Shown piece after piece: positions 46,786 to 55,483 of a DNA stretch of 64,000 nt. How positions within the stretch are numbered: the stretch's first letter is position 1; each line of letters opens with the position of its first letter. This DNA is from an uncultured delta proteobacterium (GTDB taxonomy: Bacteria > Desulfobacterota > Desulfobacteria > Desulfobacterales > UBA11574). The notes under the pieces were generated by a model. It saw only the letters and a program-made list of their open reading frames with translations. It made no database searches and was not told the DNA's origin. The stretch spans positions 44,099 through 108,098 of the forward strand of contig CAVVZC010000001.1 of the NCBI GenBank assembly GCA_963752565.1, given 5' to 3'. A program made the position numbers and the translations under genes.

Positions 46786-48501
46786 TCAAATGTATCCTTT
46801 CTGCCCCAAAAACAACAAAATCTCCTGGGCAGCTTCATCGGGTGTAAGATCGGTGGTGTCGATTCTCACCTCCGGCGATTCAGGAATCTCATAGGGATCA
46901 TCAACCCCGGTAAATCCTTTGATCAATCCGGCCCGGGCCTTGGCATACATCCCCTTTCGATCTCTTTTTTCACAAACCTTTATAGGGGTGGACACATGCA
47001 CCTCAATAAAACCGCCATAATTTTCGATGGCGTTCCTGATTTCCGCTCTGGTGCCATTGTAAGGTGCAATGGGTGCGCAAATGGCGATGCCGCGATTTTT
47101 GGTGATCTCACCGGCCACAAAGCCGATGCGCCGAACATTGACATCTCTGTCCTCTTTGGAAAAACTAAGCTGGCTCGACAGATTTCGACGTACAATATCG
47201 CCGTCTAACAAAGTGACCGGCCGATCGCCGATTTCCAGAAAGCGCGCATATAGCACTTTGGCAATGGTCGATTTTCCCGCACCTGAAAGGCCTGTCAAAA
47301 ATATTGTAAAGCCCTGTTTATCCGGGGATGGATATGCTTTTTTCAATTCAGCCACGACCTCTGTGAACGTTGCCCACTCCGGTATTCTACGTCCTGTTCT
47401 GATTCGCTTACGAATATCAGAGCTTGAAAAAGAAATATACTGCTCTCCCTCGGGAATCTGATCTGAAGAACGATACTCATCTTCAAAAGGCAGATAGACG
47501 AGTTCTTCAAAAGGAATAATGGTCACCCCGATATCCCTGCTGTGTTCCTCGGTCAATTTTTGGGCTGCATGGCTCTCGTAAAATGGCTTCCCGGCCGCAC
47601 CTGTTCCCGGACTGGCATGGTCTCGTCCGACAACAAAATGAGTACAACCATAATTTTTAGCTATGATGGTGTGCAAAAGCGCCTCTCTAGGACCGGCCAG
47701 ACGCATGGAAAGAGGCAGCAGGTTCAGTACAAAAGAATCCGGCGGATAATGTCGGGTCACAGCCCTATAACATCGGACTCTCGTGTAATGGTCAAAATCG
47801 CCGGGTTTTGTCATTCCGGTAACGGGAAGAAGGAGTAGATTGGACTTGGCCTGCCGCATGGCTTTCACCGTCATTTCAAACTGAAGACGCTGGATGGGGT
47901 TTCGTGTCTGAAATCCCAAAATCCTCTTCCATTTTAGTTTTTGATACACACGTCGGATTTCCTGTGGTGTCATACGGAGTTGTTTGAAGTCAGAGTGAAG
48001 TGGAACGCTTAAGACCTCGAGTTTACCCCCGATGTAATAATCACCCTCAACACTTAATAGATACTTGACACCCTGATGCGTTATGTCGGTGGTACCATAT
48101 ACCAGCGATGCTTCTTTTTCCCGATCCACCGGCCACATATCCTCTATATGCATGATGGCCAGTAAGAACCCTTCGTGATCTCTTAACGTCACCGAATGGC
48201 CGACTTCCAGAGTTCTTGCCTTGGTTTCGGAAATGCCAAGGCATATCGGTATGGGCCAAAGAACGTTGCTTTGCAGTCGCATGCGGTCAATTACAGACTC
48301 ATAGTCAGGTCGGGTCATAAAGCCGTCAAGTGGAGAAAAAACCCCTGTTGCCAAGAGTTCGAGATCACAAAGTTGCCGGTCATTCAAAGTAATGTCCGGC
48401 AGGTTCAGGGAAATCTTCTTGAGTGTGGCAGACCGTTCTTCATTTACGATCAATTGGACAGGCGATCCGCCGTGATATTCAAATGTTGATGCATTTTTCA
48501 T
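46786..48501 (-). CDS. cysC: Two-domain ATP sulfurylase-like / adenylyl-sulfate (APS) kinase protein; the sulfurylase HxxH motif is degenerate
   Basis: N-terminal Sat fold has GFQTRNPIQRLQ (47881-47910) where QTRNPxHxxH is expected, and VVGRDHASPG is present. C-terminal APS kinase has FLTGLSGAGKST and LDGDIVRRNL...FSKEDRDVNVRRIGFVA. Confidence 0.8.
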   Translation of the reverse strand: MKNASTFEYHGGSPVQLIVNEERSATLKKISLNLPDITLNDRQLCDLELLATGVFSPLDGFMTRPDYESVIDRMRLQSNVLWPIPICLGISETKARTLEVGHSVTLRDHEGFLLAIMHIEDMWPVDREKEASLVYGTTDITHQGVKYLLSVEGDYYIGGKLEVLSVPLHSDFKQLRMTPQEIRRVYQKLKWKRILGFQTRNPIQRLQFEMTVKAMRQAKSNLLLLPVTGMTKPGDFDHYTRVRCYRAVTRHYPPDSFVLNLLPLSMRLAGPREALLHTIIAKNYGCTHFVVGRDHASPGTGAAGKPFYESHAAQKLTEEHSRDIGVTIIPFEELVYLPFEDEYRSSDQIPEGEQYISFSSSDIRKRIRTGRRIPEWATFTEVVAELKKAYPSPDKQGFTIFLTGLSGAGKSTIAKVLYARFLEIGDRPVTLLDGDIVRRNLSSQLSFSKEDRDVNVRRIGFVAGEITKNRGIAICAPIAPYNGTRAEIRNAIENYGGFIEVHVSTPIKVCEKRDRKGMYAKARAGLIKGFTGVDDPYEIPESPEVRIDTTDLTPDEAAQEILLFLGQKGYI

Positions 48502-48732
48502 TCAAAAGTTTCCAATCACCTGTTTAATGGTTTACCGAAAAGGCTGTTTTTTTAGTTTAACCTAAATATTGAAGAATTTAAATTAGAATAGCCTTCCTTG
48601 TCAAGGAGAATAGGAGCAGGGCCGGCACCATTGACTAAAAAGAAAAAAATGGGTAAAAGCCCGTGAAATAAGGATTTAGGAAAAAAACATGCTGACGAGA
48701 TAAACGCGCAACCAATTGAGCGGGCGGTGAGT

Positions 48733-49329
48733 TTATATTTGTTGAATCGATTCAAGATTGTCTATACTAGATTCAGGTAATAACCATTGGTGGCGTGGCA
48801 GAGATGATGCAAACCTGCTGACTTCATCAATGGTGACACCGCTTCGCACAACAGCTTCATATTCTATGTCGAGGATTCTGTCCTCAAAGACGCTTGCATA
48901 CCGTTGTATCGGTATTTCCCGAGTCGGAGGTTTCGTAATGTCTTTGGCATTAGTATAAAGCGCCTTTAAAAACAAATGGCCATCAGAATCGCGAGAGAGC
49001 ATCGACATGGCCTTTGTGGCAAGAATCATCGCTCTTTCTTTACAGACCTTCCAGCTGCTCTGTTTTTCAACGAACCCGCTAATTGCAGCGGTTATGGTAC
49101 GCATTAGATTAACTCGCCGTGCAGCCAATAGACAGCAGAGAGCAACCCACGCCGCTGCTTTTGGATCCGAGTCGATTTTTTTTAAGTTCGTTGTGTATTT
49201 TTTAAAAACAAGACCATAAGGCTGATAGCATTTCCGACATAAATGCCCGGCTCCCAATGGGTTCGGGCATTTTTTATCCCGTATTGTGAAAAAGGAAAAT
49301 TTTTCTTTGCATTTTTGGCAGGTCGGCAT
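48733..49329 (-). CDS. Hypothetical protein with an N-terminal zinc ribbon
   Basis: MPTCQKCKEKF...KKCPNPLGAGHLCRKCYQPYG (CxxC...C...CxxC). The rest has no family I recognise. Confidence 0.5.
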   Translation of the reverse strand: MPTCQKCKEKFSFFTIRDKKCPNPLGAGHLCRKCYQPYGLVFKKYTTNLKKIDSDPKAAAWVALCCLLAARRVNLMRTITAAISGFVEKQSSWKVCKERAMILATKAMSMLSRDSDGHLFLKALYTNAKDITKPPTREIPIQRYASVFEDRILDIEYEAVVRSGVTIDEVSRFASSLPRHQWLLPESSIDNLESIQQI

Positions 49330-49519
49330 CGTTTTTCCGGTATTTAAAGTCTTTAAACCTATTTTGTCATTTTACTACAAGCCATCTCAAAAAGGAAGTG
49401 CCGATGAGTCAACAAAGTATTATGTCTGCAAGATCTGCGGCTATATCGCCGTGGACGAGATACCTCCAAAATGTCCGGTCTGCAATGCTGTTCAGGAAAA
49501 ATTCAGGATGGAGGATTAA
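49286..49519 (+). CDS. Small rubredoxin-like zinc-ribbon protein (start uncertain; conserved part ~49409-49516)
   Basis: YYVCKICGYIAVDEIPPKCPVCNAVQEKF is the CxxC-N12-CxxC knuckle seen at rubrerythrin C-termini. The track start overlaps the divergent gene. There is no internal ATG, and a TTG at 49364 is possible. Confidence 0.4.
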   Translation: MKKENFSLHFWQVGIVFPVFKVFKPILSFYYKPSQKGSADESTKYYVCKICGYIAVDEIPPKCPVCNAVQEKFRMED

Positions 49520-49769
49520 GCGTATCCAGATAAGATTTTAGAGACTCAAAATGCTGAGGCGTTTCAAGGTCTTTACCGGAATTGTGGTCTGTGACACTCA
49601 CAATAACCGGTTCGTCCACGGATTCAGGCAAATGAAGTTCATCATCGGCGGTGATGGTGACAAAGGCGTCATTTCCTTTCACCTCGACTCTTTTGACATA
49701 CCACTCGAAACCACTGCAACTCGATGATATCTTGAAACCGTATGCTTCCATTATTTGATCAAGTTCCAT
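49503..49769 (-). CDS. Hypothetical acidic 88-aa protein
   Basis: ORF only. Its 3' end overlaps the rubredoxin-like ORF by 17 nt. No recognisable motif. Confidence 0.35.
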   Translation of the reverse strand: MELDQIMEAYGFKISSSCSGFEWYVKRVEVKGNDAFVTITADDELHLPESVDEPVIVSVTDHNSGKDLETPQHFESLKSYLDTLNPPS

Positions 49770-49971
49770 TTTTTTCTCTTTTCTTAAGTATTTCAGGGGT
49801 GGGGGTCTTTTTATTTGTTAAAGGTAAAATCATGTTGTGAAACAATTACAAATGTTCAGGCTGTATGTCAAGAATTAACCCGGATGGACGCTTGAGTCTG
49901 ATTCGTTTATATTTATTTACTCAAAGGCTTCGTGACAATCCGAGGTTACCCTGTCTCTGGATCGAAAATTG

Positions 49972-49980
49972 TGGTATATA
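49972..49980 (+). promoter_or_regulatory. Extended -10 element TGgTATATA upstream of hutU
   Basis: tgtggtatata at 49970-49980, about 60 nt before ATG 50040. No convincing -35. Confidence 0.3.
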
Positions 49981-50039
49981 ACGCATTGGATCAGTCATCC
50001 ATAAAATTTACTCACCCTTTTCCTAAAAGAGGTACGAAA

Positions 50040-52079
50040 ATGGCCCATAATATCGATGCATCGAATGCAATGACCATAAAGCTTGAAAGCATATTGGATG
50101 AACTACCCAACATGCCGGAATTTGTCGATGACATTCGCAGGGCTCCCAAGAGATATTTTTCGCTTTCAAAAAGTGACACCGTCCTGGCCCTAAAAAATGC
50201 CCTACGATATATCCCTGAGCACTGGCACGATATGTTGGCCCCCGAATTTCTCGACGAATTACTGACACGCGGCAGAATTTATGGTTACCGCCTCAGACCT
50301 CCCGGCAGGATCACCGGACTTCCCATTGATATATACAAAGGACGGTGTGTTGAAGGCCGCGCCTTACAGGTGATGGTAGATAACAACCTGGACTTTGATA
50401 TTGCGCTCTATCCTTACGAACTGGTCACCTATGGCGAAACCGGCCAGGTTTGTCAGAACTGGATGCAGTATCTATTGATCAAGCGCTATCTGGAAGAACT
50501 TACCCGGGAGCAGACACTGGTGGTTTTGTCAGGTCACCCGCTGGGTCTTTTTGCATCCAGTCCCGATGCCCCGCGAGTTATTATAACCAACGGCCTCATG
50601 GTGGGAATGTTTGACGACCAGGAAAACTGGCATAGGGCAGCTGCACTGGGAGTGGCCAACTACGGCCAGATGACCGCCGGTGGATGGATGTACATTGGTC
50701 CGCAGGGGATCGTTCATGGGACTTACAGTACCATCCTGAACGCCGCTCGTAGAAAATTTGGGATGTCTGCCGAGGGCGATCTTTCCGGACATCTGTTTGT
50801 GTCTTCCGGTCTCGGAGGTATGAGCGGAGCCCAGGGAAAGTCCGTGGAGATAGCCCGGGGGGTGGGGATTATTGCTGAGGTTGACGACTCTCGAATCCGG
50901 ACCCGACACGATCAAGGCTGGGTAACCAAAATCGTTGATACACCGGCCGAAGCCTTCCTTTTGGCAAAGGAACACCAAGAGAAAAAAAGCAGCATCGCCA
51001 TCGCTTTTTGCGGTAATATCGTCGACCTGCTCGAATATGCTGTAAAAAACAATATTCCCATAGATCTCCTTACCGACCAAACGTCCTGCCATGTGGCATA
51101 TGACGGCGGCTATTGTCCTCAAGGCCTGACATTCGAACAACGCACTGAAATGCTAAAGACCGATCACAATGGATTCAAAAAGATGGTGGACATTTCTCTG
51201 AGGCGTCATTACGAACTCATTAAGACCCTGGTCAGCCGCGGCACCTACTTTTTTGATTACGGGAACAGCTTTTTAAAAGCTGTCTTTGACGCGGGTGTCA
51301 CTGAAATCTGCAAGAACGGTAAGGACGCCATAGACGGATTTATCTTTCCATCCTACGTGGAAGATATCATGGGGCCCATGATGTTCGACTATGGTTACGG
51401 CCCATTTCGATGGGTTTGCCTCACCAGAAAGCCCGAAGACCTCGAAAAGACCGACCGGGCCGCCATGTCGTGCATTGATCCAGAGCGACGTTTTCAGGAC
51501 AAAGACAATTATATCTGGATCCGGGATGCAAAGAAAAACCGACTTGTGGTTGGAACCCAGGCCAGAATCCTTTACCAGGACGCCCTGGGCAGGATGAAGA
51601 TTGCCCTGAAATTCAATGACATGGTCCGTAAAGGTGAAATCGGTCCTGTTATGCTGGGCCGGGATCATCACGACACAGGCGGAACAGATTCGCCTTTCAG
51701 GGAAACGGCCAATATCAAAGACGGCAGCAATGTTATGGCAGAGATGGCAATCCAGTGCTTTGCAGGAAATGCCTCAAGGGGTATGAGTATGGTTTCACTG
51801 CACAACGGTGGTGGTGTAGGCATCGGAAAAGCCATTAACGGTGGATTTGGTCTAGTCCTGGATGGGAGTGAGCCTGTGGATCATATTATCCGCCGGTCCA
51901 TAACATGGGACGTCATGGGTGGTGTTGCCCGAAGGGCCTGGGCCAGAAATAAAAACGCCATTGAAACCGGCATCGCTTTCAACCTGGATGACCCGGAACT
52001 GAATCACATCACGCTCCCGTTTATTCCCGACGAAGCAATGATCGAAAAACTCGTATTACATACATTGGACAAAAAATAG
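50040..52079 (+). CDS. hutU: Urocanate hydratase (long ~680-aa form)
   Basis: GQMTAGGWMYIGPQGIVHGTYSTILNA, GLGGMSGAQ and GRDHHDTGGTDSPFRETANI. ATG at 50040 has AGAGG upstream. The track start at 49932 lies in the putative promoter. Confidence 0.85.
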   Translation: MAHNIDASNAMTIKLESILDELPNMPEFVDDIRRAPKRYFSLSKSDTVLALKNALRYIPEHWHDMLAPEFLDELLTRGRIYGYRLRPPGRITGLPIDIYKGRCVEGRALQVMVDNNLDFDIALYPYELVTYGETGQVCQNWMQYLLIKRYLEELTREQTLVVLSGHPLGLFASSPDAPRVIITNGLMVGMFDDQENWHRAAALGVANYGQMTAGGWMYIGPQGIVHGTYSTILNAARRKFGMSAEGDLSGHLFVSSGLGGMSGAQGKSVEIARGVGIIAEVDDSRIRTRHDQGWVTKIVDTPAEAFLLAKEHQEKKSSIAIAFCGNIVDLLEYAVKNNIPIDLLTDQTSCHVAYDGGYCPQGLTFEQRTEMLKTDHNGFKKMVDISLRRHYELIKTLVSRGTYFFDYGNSFLKAVFDAGVTEICKNGKDAIDGFIFPSYVEDIMGPMMFDYGYGPFRWVCLTRKPEDLEKTDRAAMSCIDPERRFQDKDNYIWIRDAKKNRLVVGTQARILYQDALGRMKIALKFNDMVRKGEIGPVMLGRDHHDTGGTDSPFRETANIKDGSNVMAEMAIQCFAGNASRGMSMVSLHNGGGVGIGKAINGGFGLVLDGSEPVDHIIRRSITWDVMGGVARRAWARNKNAIETGIAFNLDDPELNHITLPFIPDEAMIEKLVLHTLDKK

Positions 52080-52089
52080 GGGAAATATA

Positions 52090-52707
52090 ATGTTGACCGA
52101 AATGAAATTGAATGCGTTTTTAGACAAAACCGCCTCGAGTGATCCGGTCCCGGGTGGTGGTAGTATTTCAGCCCTGGCTGCGGCCTCTGCAGCCGGTCTC
52201 GTGGAAATGGTTGCCAATCTCACCGGCGGCGGAAAAGGATTTGAAGCAACCCAAACAGAAATGAAAGAGATCTCCGAAAAAGCTGCCGCATTCCGGGAAA
52301 CATTATCCGGATGTATTGATCGGGATTCCAAGGCATATAACCAGGTAATTTCATCCTTTAAGATGCCAAAGAATAATGAAGCTGAAGTAAAGACCAGGAC
52401 CAGGGCCATTCAGGCGACATTGAAACACGCTGCCGAAGTCCCCCTGTGGGTTGCGTCTGAAACACTAAAACTCATGACACTCGCTGAAATCGTGCTACAA
52501 AAAGGCAACCCCAATGCCGTTACCGACGGGCTGGTGGCCGTCATGATGGCCAGAACAGCCATCTTGGGCGCACTGTACAACGTAAAAATAAATTTGAAAT
52601 CCATAACAGACACATCATACGTTTCAAAACTTTCAGCACAGGTCAGAGACATGGAAACGTTAGCAATAAAAAAGGAAAAAGACCTATTGGCACTTGTGAA
52701 CCTCTAA
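52090..52707 (+). CDS. Cyclodeaminase/cyclohydrolase-family protein (formiminotetrahydrofolate cyclodeaminase-like, FTCD C-terminal type)
   Basis: FLDKTASSDPVPGGGSISALAAASAAGLVEMVANLT. Confidence 0.75.
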   Translation: MLTEMKLNAFLDKTASSDPVPGGGSISALAAASAAGLVEMVANLTGGGKGFEATQTEMKEISEKAAAFRETLSGCIDRDSKAYNQVISSFKMPKNNEAEVKTRTRAIQATLKHAAEVPLWVASETLKLMTLAEIVLQKGNPNAVTDGLVAVMMARTAILGALYNVKINLKSITDTSYVSKLSAQVRDMETLAIKKEKDLLALVNL

Positions 52708-52747
52708 ACGAATGCATCACAGATTGAGAATTGAGGTGTTATACATT

Positions 52748-53024
52748 CTAACCGCCAGTGATATACTTCTCAAGTTCCCGAATGGCAAATTGCTGATCGG
52801 AGATGATCTGTCTGACCACATCACCAAGGGTCACGATACCGATTAACTGGTTGTTTTTCAAGACAGGCAAATGACGTATGCGTTTGGCCGTCATTAATGC
52901 CATACTTTCTTCTAAGCAGAATTGTCTAAAATCGTTAAGTTATATAGATCGTCTGGGGCGCAATAGCCAATCCTACAGATATCGCCGCTCTTTAACTTGT
53001 AAGAGTTGTTCTGACAGTACGCAT
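52748..53024 (-). pseudogene. Decayed CBS-domain protein gene (early frameshift plus loss of ~50 central codons)
   Basis: GGGAGGAG RBS followed by ATG 53024 gives MRTVRTTLTS then stop. The -1 frame continues ...KLKSGDICRIGYCAPDDLYNLTILDNFCLEESMALMTAKRIRHLPVLKNNQLIGIVTLGDVVRQIISDQQFAIRELEKYITGG. That is about 92 codons in total, against about 140 in typical CBS-pair proteins ending ...RIRHLPV...YITG. Confidence 0.55.
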
Positions 53025-53068
53025 GACTTGTCTCTCTCCTCCCTATTGGCTTACTGGCAGTCTAATAC

Positions 53069-53148
53069 CTGAATCTTGCATGAAAATTAATGAGAATCTT
53101 TAGGTTGTTTGATTAAAGAGAGGTTAAGAACAATCACATCATTGTTTA
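53069..53148. repeat. Copy 2 of the ~80-nt intergenic repeat (core ctgaatcttgcatgaaaattaatgagaatcttta)
   Basis: 31 of 33 core positions are identical to 19856-19888. It lies 44 nt upstream of the CBS pseudogene ATG on the minus strand, the same relative orientation as copy 1. Confidence 0.7.
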
Positions 53149-53300
53149 TTTAACCCGAATGGTATATCGGATGATGATCTTTTTTCTCATCAATTTTCAC
53201 CCAAAGGATGAGCCGGAGGCTTTCATCTCCCCGCTGCAAGCAGTGGGCAATTCAAATTTAAAGTTTGTCATTCAACGCTTAACCCAATTCCGCTTGTCTT

Positions 53301-53537
53301 TTAACTCAATTCGGTTACAGGAGAAAAATTATCACAATCATCGCAATATTTTTCCAGCGCTGTATGATAGTCTTTTTGCTTTAACGTGTAGAGGTTTTCA
53401 TCCCAGGATTTTCCGTCTTTTTGTCTTAACAAATCAAGTAATTCGTTTATTTTTGATCGAATATCCTTCATCTTTATACATGTGTTATTATAATTTTTAC
53501 AATTGACGAAAATTCTCGGTATCATATCTACCTCCAC
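53301..53537 (-). CDS. Hypothetical 78-aa protein
   Basis: ORF only (..CKNYNNTCIKMKDIRSKINELLDLLRQKDGKSWDE..CDDCDNF). Sits in a gene-poor AT-rich region and could be spurious. Confidence 0.25.
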   Translation of the reverse strand: MEVDMIPRIFVNCKNYNNTCIKMKDIRSKINELLDLLRQKDGKSWDENLYTLKQKDYHTALEKYCDDCDNFSPVTELS

Positions 53538-54260
53538 GAATTATATTTTACCGGACGCCTCTCTGACACACATTTCGCATATATCAAACGCAAGATATAT
53601 AGCGTCCCCGACCGTCGGGAAATGATAACAGCCCCTTCCGCGGTAGTGTTGTTAAAGAGTTGTTAAGACCTTACGGACCGGCCTTGACATTTGGATATTC
53701 TTCCTTAACTATTATTGGTCCTCACCTACATTTGATTTAACAGAATCATAAAACGAATTAAAGCATTGATTGACAATTAGACATCTAAACTTTTCAAAAG
53801 ACCCGCAACGTGCAAATATATTGGAGATATCAAAGATCTCCATCGCCGATATTAAAACCTAAATATTATTATACTTCCCAAATGTTTTGACAAATGCATC
53901 TTTTAAATGTGATACAGATTCAAAGCAGATCATACACGCTCTATATCACTATTTTAATTTAAATTCAATAGGTTATATTTATAATCGAAAAGTGCCACCG
54001 TGTTTTATGTCACGACTAAAAACATATAATAAGTTATGGATGATCATCGGAGCTTTTCATATCCTTTTATGCAGTACTGATTTTATTGGATTTTTTCATA
54101 TGCTGAATGTTGGTGTGCATATTTTTTATATGCACTGATGGATCGTTTTCTATGCAAAAAGAATCGCGGATAACTTGATCGGTTGGTTTGGATCAAATTC
54201 TTAAGGAAAATTTCATCACCAACTGGATTTTTTAGGGTGGTTTATAGCAGGAAATTATTA

Positions 54261-54298
54261 GCGGCAGAATGCTTAACTTAAGATTCTGCCGCTTTTTT
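54261..54298 (+). terminator. Strong hairpin plus T6 (intrinsic terminator, possibly bidirectional)
   Basis: gcggcagaat (54261-54270) pairs perfectly with attctgccgc (54283-54292), followed by tttttt at 54293-54298. It lies 16 nt beyond the stop of the minus-strand Cys-rich gene. Confidence 0.65.
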
Positions 54299-54313
54299 AT
54301 CTTTAATAATCGG

Positions 54314-54535
54314 TTAGCCGATGGGCGAAGGCTTGCAGAGATGATTCTCTTCCATGGCCACACGGCCACACCCATCACATGCATATTTCATGGCGGACAA
54401 TTTATCCTTGCACATATGCGAGTGTTCTGCTTTGTGCGATCCGCAAAAACTACAATTTTCCGCCTCGCCACAGGGATTACACAGATGCCCGGGCGCATCC
54501 GCAACTGCACCACAATTTTTACAGGTATAAGCCAT
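54314..54535 (-). CDS. Cys/His-rich metal-binding miniprotein with three C-x2-C-x8-H-x-C repeats
   Basis: MAYTCKNCGAVADAPGHLCNPCGEAENCSFCGSHKAEHSHMCKDKLSAMKYACDGCGRVAMEENHLCKPSPIG, with 10 Cys in 73 aa. GGGAGGG RBS 8 nt upstream. Confidence 0.65.
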   Translation of the reverse strand: MAYTCKNCGAVADAPGHLCNPCGEAENCSFCGSHKAEHSHMCKDKLSAMKYACDGCGRVAMEENHLCKPSPIG

Positions 54536-54733
54536 AATAATGTCCCTCCCATTTTAGAATATTGTTTATTGACTTACTCCATCAATAAAGTTTTCATGTT
54601 TAATATCTAATTACGAAAAACGCATTGTCAAGCAACGGCTGGGTATAAAAAAATTGGGTTTCCCGATTTTAAAATCGTCAGCGGCAGAGGAATTGATCTT
54701 ATGTTTTTTATAACCAAACTATATTGGGGTAAT

Positions 54734-55237
54734 TTAAAAAGGCCAGAACTGATTATCAAACCAGATTTTTTCCCTTAACGCTTCGTCGATATCCAGCAGC
54801 ATGTTTAAATGATCGCGCTCCCAGGTTGCAAGCCATTCGTATAAGGCTCTAGCTTCGGGATCGGATGCAGTTTGCGCACTTTTTGTGTAAAGCTGGATGG
54901 CGCGTTCTTCCATGGCGATACCCGCGGAGATCGCGGCTGCTTCAAAACCGGCCGCCGAGATTTTCTCTTTGATTTCTCGTGTCAAGACCTTTGATGCAAC
55001 GCTGCTAGTGTCTTTTTCATAAAGATCGCCGGAGATGAATTTTTTATTTTTATGATATGCCTTGAACTGCTCGGACAGCGTTTGAATGTGTTTTTGTTCT
55101 TCCTTGGCCAGCATGTCAAAAACTTCCTGCACCGATTTATTTTCGGCCTTTTCAGCAATGTTTTCATAAAACGCTTGGCCCCTTCGTTCCAGCAAAATCG
55201 CCTGTTTTAATATATCCAGCGTGGTATTTTCTTCCAT
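54734..55237 (-). CDS. Rubrerythrin/ferritin-like diiron-fold protein
   Basis: 167 aa with two ExxH-type helices (LAKEEQKHIQTL and WERDHLNML) and LLERRGQAFY / MEERAIQLY pairs. Confidence 0.65.
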   Translation of the reverse strand: MEENTTLDILKQAILLERRGQAFYENIAEKAENKSVQEVFDMLAKEEQKHIQTLSEQFKAYHKNKKFISGDLYEKDTSSVASKVLTREIKEKISAAGFEAAAISAGIAMEERAIQLYTKSAQTASDPEARALYEWLATWERDHLNMLLDIDEALREKIWFDNQFWPF

Positions 55238-55483
55238 TGCGTTCTCCTTTTCAATCTGTTTTTAAATTCATTCCCTCAAGTTTCCCACTCTCAATACCCA
55301 AAAACATCAATAAAGAGGCTCAGGCCGAGATTTTTTTTCGAGTTCGAAACTTAAGTCATTTTCAATCTTCAATTGAGGCTAATACTATACCCTCTATTCA
55401 CTCCGCGAACTTTGTGTAATTATTCGAGCATATAACGCTGCTTCCTTTTTTAATAGGTAAAAATTTGTGGTTTTTAAAAACAG

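Noticed and set aside
50529-51140. 203-aa minus-strand ORF, plus 51273..51671 and 50023..50268, inside hutU
   Set aside because: They lie antisense to a strongly supported urocanase CDS in a GC-richer segment. They have no motifs and no RBS, and are typical shadow ORFs.
53887-54138. 83-aa plus-strand ORF in the gene-poor region
   Set aside because: It has a very AT-rich, odd composition (many F/I/N/H), no RBS and no motif. It is kept only as a possible transcript source for the 54261-54298 terminator, not as a CDS.
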